Shown here: piece after piece, positions 18,131-26,086 of the stretch
Numbering within the stretch: the stretch's first letter is position 1
Layout of the letters: each line of letters begins with the position of its first letter
Made by a program: the position numbers and the translations under genes
The notes under the pieces: generated by a model
What the model was told of the DNA's origin: nothing
Seen by the model: only the letters and a program-made list of their open reading frames with translations
Database searches by the model: none
Origin: Candidatus Heimdallarchaeota archaeon
Lineage (GTDB): Archaea > Asgardarchaeota > Heimdallarchaeia > Heimdallarchaeales > Heimdallarchaeaceae
Reading direction: 5' to 3'
DNA length: 27,763 bases
NCBI GenBank assembly: GCA_019057375.1
Contig: DXJF01000017.1
Span: forward strand, 1-27,763

Positions 18131-18340
18131 TCTAATCACACCAGCTGAAAGTTATCGAATCCCTTCTCTATCCATTTTGATATCGAAGTACCCAAACAAC
18201 AATCTTATCGTCTTGTTATACATTCCCTTTCAGCATATTTAAGTTTTAATACAGTTCAATTTATTTTACAAATTTCAGAAAAAATTAAAAATTCTAATAA
18301 ATTGAATTATGACGACAATAATAGGGAAAGTGAAGTATTT

Positions 18341-18670
18341 TCAACTTCTTCTTTTTACTGTCTTGTTATACTTTGACGAATATGATTTTTTTCTCTGCCT
18401 TACATTAGAAGGTTTTCGATCAATCACATAAAGCAAAGTATTAACATCAATTGCTTCCTTATACTGTGGCTTGATTTTAATACTCACATAAGGGGATTTA
18501 ATTGGTCCAAAAATGTCTACAATTTTCCCAATATGTTCCATTCTTTCAGTGACAACATTAGAACCAATTTTGGGAAGTTTTGGAGGATTTTTTAGTATTG
18601 CATTTCCCAAATCACTAAAGAACATTATAGTACCAAGCTTCTTTATTCTTTCTCGCTCCAATTTAATCAA
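18341..18670 (-). CDS. gar1: H/ACA RNP subunit Gar1
   Basis: PKIGSNVVTERMEHIGKIVDIFGPIKSPYVSIK, plus a basic tail. Confidence 0.92.
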   Translation of the reverse strand: MIKLERERIKKLGTIMFFSDLGNAILKNPPKLPKIGSNVVTERMEHIGKIVDIFGPIKSPYVSIKIKPQYKEAIDVNTLLYVIDRKPSNVRQRKKSYSSKYNKTVKRRS

Positions 18671-18697
18671 ACCTTATATTAATCTAAAATCGTTAAT

Positions 18698-19036
18698 TTA
18701 TTTGGATTTGGATTTTGGTTTTTTTGAATCGCCAGATTTTTCAACTTTTTTGAGTTTTCTAGATACATTGGCTACTCTTCTAATCAACTCGGTTTTGCTT
18801 GTTGTTCCCTCAGGATTAATAATGACTCTACCTTCGCTCTCCCACCAGTTTTTAGAATATTTTTTGTCTTTTTCAACTTCATATTCCAGCTCTAGATACT
18901 TACACGCATAAACTATTTTTGATAAATTACATTGATCTACTGCTTTGTTTTTAGAAACTTTTCTACCCTGTTTACGTGTAAGTTGTTTATTGAAATATTC
19001 TGGATAGAGAACAAAATAACGCTTTTTGCGCAACAT
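18698..19036 (-). CDS. srp19: Signal recognition particle protein SRP19
   Basis: LYPEYFNKQLTRKQGRKV, KKYSKNWWESEGRVII. Confidence 0.93.
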   Translation of the reverse strand: MLRKKRYFVLYPEYFNKQLTRKQGRKVSKNKAVDQCNLSKIVYACKYLELEYEVEKDKKYSKNWWESEGRVIINPEGTTSKTELIRRVANVSRKLKKVEKSGDSKKPKSKSK

Positions 19037-19081
19037 AATATAGCCTTACTTGAATTTATATTAAAATATTTGGAAGATTTA

Positions 19082-19477
19082 CTATTCTTCCTTACGCTCT
19101 ATCAATATGCAATTGATGTTACCATGTTGGCCAGGTCTGCTTGTAACTATTGCTTTACCTATTTCTGTATCTATAACACAACCTTTGGTAATGATTCTTC
19201 TTCTTGCATATTCACGGTTTGCCTTATTTTCAAGAACATTAAGTATTTTGACTTTCTGTGAGATACCTGTTGATTGGTCTATAACATTAGCATGTTCATC
19301 TACGAGAGTACGATATTTGAGATTCCCACCACGTGTTCTAATTGGTTTGAGTACTCTTGAACCAATTTGAGTTTCAGCTGGATATCTACCCATATCTCTT
19401 TTCTTCTTTGAAGCAGCTCTTCGGATAAGACCACCTGATAGTTTTCTTCGTGAGCGTTTTAACCACTGATATGGCAT
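19082..19477 (-). CDS. rps8e: Small ribosomal subunit protein eS8
   Basis: [41 protein letters not shown] and [19 protein letters not shown] upstream. Confidence 0.97.
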   Translation of the reverse strand: MPYQWLKRSRRKLSGGLIRRAASKKKRDMGRYPAETQIGSRVLKPIRTRGGNLKYRTLVDEHANVIDQSTGISQKVKILNVLENKANREYARRRIITKGCVIDTEIGKAIVTSRPGQHGNINCILIERKEE

Positions 19478-19645
19478 AGTGTTATTTCACCTTGGAACTC
19501 ATCCATATTGTTTGAATATAAGACTTTCCATTTTAAAGTTATTAGAAGGTATTAGTTTATGACAATTTGATATTCCGACAAAAATGAATAGGTATTTGAT
19601 TAATACTAGAGAAAAATCTAAAAGTCACAATTCCATTCTATACCT

Positions 19646-22561
19646 ATGAGAAATAAGCCATTCATCATTTTTCTAGTTTCATTTCTTATTCTCCCCTTAC
19701 CAATGTTATTCCAAACAAATGCGGCTCTAACAGGTTATCAGATGAATTCCTCAACAGTATTCAATTCAAGTATCAATTCAGACGAGGCTAGTTTCTCTAT
19801 AACAAAAGCTAGTAATATCCTTGGGGATCAAAGATGGAAATTTCCTATGGAACAGAATCAAATTTACGCAGATTTAATGAAATTTGACGGAAGAGCAATG
19901 ATATCATTTTTCTCATTCGAAGAAAGGGATCTGTTCATTGAAAATACCATGAAAAGCGGCATATTAATTGAGAGAACTTTCAAATCTATTCCTGCTGTAT
20001 CAATTATATATACTGGAAAAACCTTACAACAATTGGGACTCAATGACCTAAGAGTGAAATATGTATACCCAATAGGAACATATGAGTTTCACATTCCTCA
20101 GAATGTGTATATGGATTTCTCAGGATTAATGGATCTTAGTGTTCTTCGTCAAGCTCTAGAAGTAGATGAAATACATGAAGCTGGAGCGACAGGATATGGT
20201 GTTCGCATTGCAATATTGGATAGCGGATTAAATGCAACTGTAGCTCCAGCTTTAAACAGTTTAAAGAACTATGATGAACCTAAAATCATAATTGATCTAA
20301 ACTTAATTCAAACCTTCGAAGACTCAGACGATTTAAGCGGTCATGGAACCCACATTGCATCTGTTTTAGCGGGAAATGGAAAATACAGAAACGAAGACGG
20401 CGTTATAGAAATAACAGAGAATTATGGAATTGCTCCCGATGCTCAATTAATCAATATTAAAGTTCTTGATAGAACTGGATATGGAAAAGATGAATGGTTA
20501 ATAATAGGTTTTGACGAAGCAATCCAACAGAATCCTGATTTAATATCAGCTAGTTTAACATCTGTTACTTTCTCTGAAATGGGGGATCCAGTTGAAGAAC
20601 TAGTTTATGAAGCTGCAGTACAAAACATACCAGTAATTGCATCAGCAGGAAATTACGGTCCTTCAGGAGCTTCTATTGGGGCTCCAGCAATCTGGGATCA
20701 TGTTATATCTGTTGGTGCATCTGAATATATGGATAATCTTGCATTATTTACATCAAAAGGTTTGAATAGCAATTTCTCCGCTGGAATAGACATTTTAGCT
20801 CCAGGTGTTGCTATTCAAGGAAGTGATGCTACAACTGGTGGTTCAAGATGGGTTTCAGGGACATCTGTTTCAGCACCTATTGTTAGTGGTGTTTTCGCTT
20901 TATTAATAGGGGCCTTCCCAGGTCTTGGAGTTCATAAATATGAAGCAGCTATTCTTGAGACAGCTGATGATATGAATTTCCCAATTATTTACCAAGGAAA
21001 TGGTATGATTAATCCTTTAGCAGCTTATAATTACTTAGATACTTATGAAAGTCTTGGACTTTTTACAATATTACCAAAACGAATCTCTCCAGTCAATGAG
21101 TACTTTTACTCATGTGTAGAGGGAGACACTTCTGAATTTATCATTAAACTAATCTCATCTTTTGATGGACAAATTAATACGACACTCACAGGAGATTCGC
21201 AATTCATTGAAATACCAAATCAAGTAGATGTTTCTATAGGTTGGAATCACTTTGCATTCAATATCACAATTCCTCTAAACACACCTATAAGAACTATTAC
21301 AGCAGGAATTTTATTTGAGAATGCGGATGGAATTATTGTAACCATGAGTGTTTCAATTCAAACAAGATATTTAGGTGGGACAGTTCTATTCGATAACTCT
21401 CATGAAAATGATACAGAAAACAGATGGTTTGATGCATCTTCATCAGTGGGGACACACACTTATCTTACTCGAATCTTGAAAGACAGAGGTTTTCGTATTC
21501 GCAATCATTATCAAGGAGACTTCTCTTTTACAAATATTGATATTCTAGTCATCTCAGATCCTGAATTTAATTTTACGTCAGAGGAATTAGATGATATCCA
21601 AGATTTTGTTACTAGTGGTGGTTCCTTACTATTTTTGATTGACAGTATTAGATTTATTGATGCCACATCTATAGATAATGAACCATTAATTTCAAGCAAT
21701 TATTATGCATGTGATGAATTACTAAAACAGTTTAATATGAGCGTAGGACAATCAATACCTATTCCTTATGTTCCCTATGAAGCACAGATTATTGAAACAG
21801 AAAACATTTTTGATGTTGATTCTTTTATGTTTTGGGGAAGACCGGTCTTTTTCTCAGATAATCCAAACGAAAACAACAGTGTTATAGCGACGTTTGAGAC
21901 TGTTATAGACAGTGAAAAATATATTTTTAACGCTGCAATAGCAAAGGAATTTCACAACGGAAGAGTAATGGTTTTTGGTTCAGGATACCCATTTACAGAT
22001 CATGGTTTGTTACCAGATTCCTATGAAAGTAATCCTTCAAGAGCTGGATTAGATTATTCATTCAAAGATATTTTTGGTTTGGATGATAAAAACTCTCAAT
22101 TAGTGAATGAAACATTCAATTGGCTTATTGATACTCATAGACCAGAGTACATAATTGAAAGTACTCCAAAGGAAACATTCATCCGAAAACCAGTATCTAT
22201 TGGTGTTCAAATCAGATTCAAGAATGGAAGTTTCTATGTAAGTGAAAATAATAAGCTGAATGCAACTCTAATGTATCCAAATTTAGTATTTGAAAATCTT
22301 GAACTAATCTATAATTCAACATCAAGTCAATATGAAATTACTTTTACGCTAGAGGAGTATGGATTGCATATTTTATATATTCCGCTAAAATTCACAGATT
22401 ATACTCCTTCAGATGGAAGAATTGAAATCTTAAATAATGTTCACTTTTGGGATCAATTGAGCACAATAAGATCTATTATAAACTGGGTAATAGCTTTTGT
22501 GTTTATCTCTCTAGCTATGGTTCCGGTTATCAGATTCAGATTTCGAAAAATAACGACATAA
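19646..22561 (+). CDS. Membrane-anchored S8 subtilase with Site-1-protease (SKI-1/S1P)-like domain order
   Basis: Signal peptide and prodomain. Catalytic D192 (ILDSG), H233 (GHGTH), oxyanion N336 (AGN) and S407 (GTSVS). Then a beta-rich domain, a DUF4350/GATase-like domain (VLFDNSH...SDPEFNFTSEEL...GGSLLF), a C-terminal TM helix and a basic tail. Confidence 0.9.
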   Translation: MRNKPFIIFLVSFLILPLPMLFQTNAALTGYQMNSSTVFNSSINSDEASFSITKASNILGDQRWKFPMEQNQIYADLMKFDGRAMISFFSFEERDLFIENTMKSGILIERTFKSIPAVSIIYTGKTLQQLGLNDLRVKYVYPIGTYEFHIPQNVYMDFSGLMDLSVLRQALEVDEIHEAGATGYGVRIAILDSGLNATVAPALNSLKNYDEPKIIIDLNLIQTFEDSDDLSGHGTHIASVLAGNGKYRNEDGVIEITENYGIAPDAQLINIKVLDRTGYGKDEWLIIGFDEAIQQNPDLISASLTSVTFSEMGDPVEELVYEAAVQNIPVIASAGNYGPSGASIGAPAIWDHVISVGASEYMDNLALFTSKGLNSNFSAGIDILAPGVAIQGSDATTGGSRWVSGTSVSAPIVSGVFALLIGAFPGLGVHKYEAAILETADDMNFPIIYQGNGMINPLAAYNYLDTYESLGLFTILPKRISPVNEYFYSCVEGDTSEFIIKLISSFDGQINTTLTGDSQFIEIPNQVDVSIGWNHFAFNITIPLNTPIRTITAGILFENADGIIVTMSVSIQTRYLGGTVLFDNSHENDTENRWFDASSSVGTHTYLTRILKDRGFRIRNHYQGDFSFTNIDILVISDPEFNFTSEELDDIQDFVTSGGSLLFLIDSIRFIDATSIDNEPLISSNYYACDELLKQFNMSVGQSIPIPYVPYEAQIIETENIFDVDSFMFWGRPVFFSDNPNENNSVIATFETVIDSEKYIFNAAIAKEFHNGRVMVFGSGYPFTDHGLLPDSYESNPSRAGLDYSFKDIFGLDDKNSQLVNETFNWLIDTHRPEYIIESTPKETFIRKPVSIGVQIRFKNGSFYVSENNKLNATLMYPNLVFENLELIYNSTSSQYEITFTLEEYGLHILYIPLKFTDYTPSDGRIEILNNVHFWDQLSTIRSIINWVIAFVFISLAMVPVIRFRFRKITT

Positions 22562-22591
22562 ATCCTTATTTCCCTTTTTTCTCATTTCGTG

Positions 22592-22671
22592 TGTGCAAGC
22601 CTTTGCACAGCGTTTTACGAAAGGTTTATATACTGTGCAAAATATATACACATGTGGAAAAAATTTACACA
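22592..22671 (+). promoter_or_regulatory. BRE/TATA promoter flanked by three palindromic operator sites
   Basis: TGTGCA-N6-TGCACA (22592-22609), CGAAAGG followed by TTTATATA (22625-22632), TGTGCA-N7-TACACA (22634-22652) and TGTGGA-N7-TACACA (22653-22671). Confidence 0.7.
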
Positions 22672-22691
22672 CCGCTTCAAAAGTGATAACA

Positions 22692-22970
22692 ATGAAAAGG
22701 GAAAAACTACCAAAAGGATCAATCGAAGTGATTGATTTATTAGGGGATAAGGGAGCATTAACACAAAAAGAGATAATTGACAGTTTGAAGGAAACCAAAC
22801 CACGAGCAATTAGATATACCGTTAGACAGTTACTAGAAAGAACAGTTCTTGTAAACCGTGCTAATTTCGAGGATATGAGATCTTCATTAATAGGACTCAA
22901 CCCTGAAATGGACAACAATTTGAAGGATTTAATAACTCTAAGTAAGGAAAGAGTTATTGCTTTAGCTTAG
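22692..22970 (+). CDS. Small winged-helix (MarR-like) transcriptional regulator
   Basis: LPKGSIEVIDLLGDKGALTQKEII...PRAIRYTVRQL...NFEDMRSSL matches the archaeal pattern LP-S---V---L---G-LTQKE---P-RT-RY-L---D-R. ATG 22692 is preferred over 22593. Confidence 0.8.
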   Translation: MKREKLPKGSIEVIDLLGDKGALTQKEIIDSLKETKPRAIRYTVRQLLERTVLVNRANFEDMRSSLIGLNPEMDNNLKDLITLSKERVIALA

Positions 22971-23038
22971 TACATGAAAAATAAGATTATCATCAAAATC
23001 TTTTTTATCTCTTAATTTTCAGTTTTTATGGAAAAGAG

Positions 23039-24316
23039 ATGACAATAAAAATCATAGCTAATATTTCGGGATTTTTTGTATTCGATAATCAAGATAAATT
23101 GATCGAGTTTGCAGCTTATGAAAAGAACCCTGAAAAAATTGCTGAAAAGATCCACAACTTATCGAAATATACTATTTCCGAAGAATTAGAGAATATTTTT
23201 TCTGACTTAAAGGAAAAAACTATTGAAACTAATTCAGCTGACGTTCAGAATTTCTCTAGAAGTAAGGGAATAAAGAGTGAACTCATTATTAAATCTGAAA
23301 ATTATCAAGCTGTAATCTCAAAGATTCCAGAAATCCTTATTCAAAAGAATTATATCAAAGACGATGCAGAATATACTGTACTATTGAAAGATGTTAGCAT
23401 AAATCTTTCAAAGAAAAGCGTTGCTTATAGTTCTCAAAGAATTGATAAGAACGTAGTCCACGCAATTTTATCAATGGATGATATAGATAAAACCACCAAT
23501 CTTTTTTCATCTCGAATAAGAGAATGGTATGGGGTTCATTTCCCAGAAATTTTGAAAGAAGTGCAAAATCATGTAACTCTCTGTAAAATCATCACTGAAA
23601 TTGGAACAAGACAAAAATTTACAGAAGATGATCTCAAAGATTATGGGTTCTCAATAGAGAGGAGTAAAAAACTTGTTCAATTAGCATCAAAATCCATGGG
23701 AGCATCTTATGAAGATAAAGATTTGCGTCCTCTACAAGATATGGCGCAAAAAACTCTCGACTTATATGAAGAACGAGAGAATTTGGATAGTTGGATAGAA
23801 AGAGAGATGGGAAGAATTGCTCCAAATATGAAAGCGATTGTAGGGTCTGCTATCGCTGCTAGGTTAATTGCTTTAGCTGGAGGATTGAGAGAAATAGCTA
23901 TGAAACCAGCAAGTACAGTTCAGTTATTAGGTGCTGAAAAAGCTCTCTTCAGAGCATTGAAAACTGGTGCTAAGCCTCCAAAACATGGTATTATCTATCA
24001 AATGCCTGAAATACACAGTTGCTCATGGTGGCAAAGAGGTAATATATCTAGAGCTATTGCTGGAAGACTCACAATTGCTGCTAGAATAGATTTTTTTCAA
24101 GGAGAATTCATGGGAGACCAACTGCGAATTGAGGTTGAACAAAAAATCGATGAAATTAAAGAGAAATATAAGAATCCCCCTGAAGGCAAACAACCACCTG
24201 TTGATAGAAGTTTTCAACCCTCTCAACCAAGACCAAAACGTGGAAGTTACAAAGGTGGTCAAAAGGGAGGTCAAAGAAAACCTCAATATAAGAAACCCTA
24301 CCAAAAGAGGAGATAA
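23039..24316 (+). CDS. nop5: Box C/D RNP core protein Nop5 (Nop56/58)
   Basis: REWYGVHFPE, APNMKAIVG, AARLIALAGG, PASTVQLLGAEKALFR, PPKHGIIYQ and IAARID. Confidence 0.96.
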   Translation: MTIKIIANISGFFVFDNQDKLIEFAAYEKNPEKIAEKIHNLSKYTISEELENIFSDLKEKTIETNSADVQNFSRSKGIKSELIIKSENYQAVISKIPEILIQKNYIKDDAEYTVLLKDVSINLSKKSVAYSSQRIDKNVVHAILSMDDIDKTTNLFSSRIREWYGVHFPEILKEVQNHVTLCKIITEIGTRQKFTEDDLKDYGFSIERSKKLVQLASKSMGASYEDKDLRPLQDMAQKTLDLYEERENLDSWIEREMGRIAPNMKAIVGSAIAARLIALAGGLREIAMKPASTVQLLGAEKALFRALKTGAKPPKHGIIYQMPEIHSCSWWQRGNISRAIAGRLTIAARIDFFQGEFMGDQLRIEVEQKIDEIKEKYKNPPEGKQPPVDRSFQPSQPRPKRGSYKGGQKGGQRKPQYKKPYQKRR

Positions 24317-24318
24317 AA

Positions 24319-25002
24319 ATGTCAAACCTAGAAAATCATAAATTTGGAAATTTGTTTTGGGTAACTACAAAAGACGGAAATAAGAGATTAGCAACTATTA
24401 ATGCCGATCCTGGTAAGAAAGTATATACTGAGAGATTACTAACTGAAGAAGGAACTGAATATCGGACTTTTGATCCCTACAAAAGCAAACTAGGCGCAGC
24501 TATTTTCAAGAAACTTAAAACGTTCCCTCTAACTAAAGGTAGCAAAATTTTGTATTTAGGTGCCGCTTCTGGAACAACTGTATCTCACATTTCGGATATT
24601 TTAGGTGATGAAGGTTCAATTTTTGCTGTAGAATTTTCTGCTCGATCAATGGGAGATCTCATAATTGTTGCTGAAAGAAGGAAAAATATTATACCGCTTC
24701 ATGCAGATGCAAGATTTCCTGAAGAGTATAGTAACATAGTTCCCCAAGTAGATATTGTCTATGAGGATGTTGCTCAACCATCTCAAGCAGAGATTCTTGA
24801 CACTAATGTTAAGACTTATCTTAAAGATGGCGGATATTTCTTTTTAGCTGTAAAATCTAGAAGTATTGATGTAACCAAAGATCCAAAAATAATATTCAAA
24901 GAAGTAATTGATAAGATTGAATCTTTTGGTCTGAAGATTCTTGAAACAGTAAATTTGGAACCTTATGAAAAAGATCATATTATGATTGTTGGGCAAAAGT
25001 AA
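24319..25002 (+). CDS. flpA: Fibrillarin-like rRNA/tRNA 2'-O-methyltransferase
   Basis: YRTFDPYKSKLGAAI, LYLGAASGTTVSH, DARFP and DVAQPSQ. Confidence 0.97.
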   Translation: MSNLENHKFGNLFWVTTKDGNKRLATINADPGKKVYTERLLTEEGTEYRTFDPYKSKLGAAIFKKLKTFPLTKGSKILYLGAASGTTVSHISDILGDEGSIFAVEFSARSMGDLIIVAERRKNIIPLHADARFPEEYSNIVPQVDIVYEDVAQPSQAEILDTNVKTYLKDGGYFFLAVKSRSIDVTKDPKIIFKEVIDKIESFGLKILETVNLEPYEKDHIMIVGQK

Positions 25003-25011
25003 CTGCTCAAC

Positions 25012-26004
25012 CTAACTTTCTTTCATATTAGAATATTTTTTAACCCAATTTTTAACTAAATCAAAAGCTTTCTTCATCTGATTAAGTTCATCTACAGTAA
25101 AAGTTGGTATGTTTTGAGTTAGAGGATTATCAGAGTCTTCAACAATCATTACAGCTCTTCTTTTAGTCAAAGTAGCTATATCTTGGGTAAGAATTGCTCG
25201 TTCAGCCATATTCTTTTGTTGAAGATCATCTACACAAACTAGAATGTTCATCCCACTATGAATATCTAGGTTTTTCTGCTCTCCAAAAGCATCAAAAGGA
25301 GATTGACGAGTCCAAAATTGGGTAAAAAAGCCTAATTCTTCAAGAATTCCAGATATTTCCTCCTTAAAATTTGAAAGATTTTCAGTTGAATACTGGGGTC
25401 TTGTTTCCTTCTCAATGTCAATATTGAAGATTTTGATTCCTTGTGCTACAGGGGAATCCAATACTTCTTCCAGTTTTGCGGCAGTTGAAGGAGTTGGGTT
25501 TATGGAATGCTCATATTCGTAAATTGTTCTTCTAGAAACTCCCACAAGATGTGCTAAATCAGCATAACTCAGATTCTTTTCCAGCCTTGCCTGACGGAGT
25601 ATTTTTCTGTTAATTTGAACAAAATATCCACCTTTACTACAATATACTATTGGAGGTACTCCATGAGAAATTAGATTGGTAAAAGTTTCATTACTAACAA
25701 CTGGAATCCCATATCTTAGTAAAACCAAGCCATCATCAATTTCTGAAAAACGTCTTCCTCGCTCACCTATAATTAAAGGAGAGGCATTAAGAAAGGTTGC
25801 AATATTCTTTAGTTCAAAAGAATTGTCACGGTTGAAATTATCAACATAGGGTTCAACTTTGATAATGATAAGCTGGTCTCTTTTTTTGGCAATAATATCA
25901 AAACAGGCTTTACTTCCTTGAGATAATTTAGCAATACTATATCCATTAGTATGGAGAATTTGTTCTACATCAGATAAAATTGCTAAACGACTGCTTTGAG
26001 ACAT
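25012..26004 (-). CDS. Putative HTH-type transcriptional regulator (COG1395-like)
   Basis: CFDIIAKK, NASPLIIGER, LRYGIPVV, GGYFVQIN and a Cro/C1 HTH LSYADLAHLVGVSRRTIYEYE. Confidence 0.87.
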   Translation of the reverse strand: MSQSSRLAILSDVEQILHTNGYSIAKLSQGSKACFDIIAKKRDQLIIIKVEPYVDNFNRDNSFELKNIATFLNASPLIIGERGRRFSEIDDGLVLLRYGIPVVSNETFTNLISHGVPPIVYCSKGGYFVQINRKILRQARLEKNLSYADLAHLVGVSRRTIYEYEHSINPTPSTAAKLEEVLDSPVAQGIKIFNIDIEKETRPQYSTENLSNFKEEISGILEELGFFTQFWTRQSPFDAFGEQKNLDIHSGMNILVCVDDLQQKNMAERAILTQDIATLTKRRAVMIVEDSDNPLTQNIPTFTVDELNQMKKAFDLVKNWVKKYSNMKES

Positions 26005-26086
26005 ATTCCAACCTGTAATTTATTTCTAAAATCCATCAAGTAGAAGCAAATATAAGTTTAGCTTTGTAAACAAACAATTGACTAAC

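Noticed and set aside
18155-18163. TCGAATCCC, resembling a tRNA T-arm
   Set aside because: No matching 5' T-stem, D arm or anticodon arm; no cloverleaf can be drawn.
22649-22656. CACATGTG E-box-like palindrome
   Set aside because: It is created by the junction of two adjacent operator half-sites, and no bHLH gene is present.
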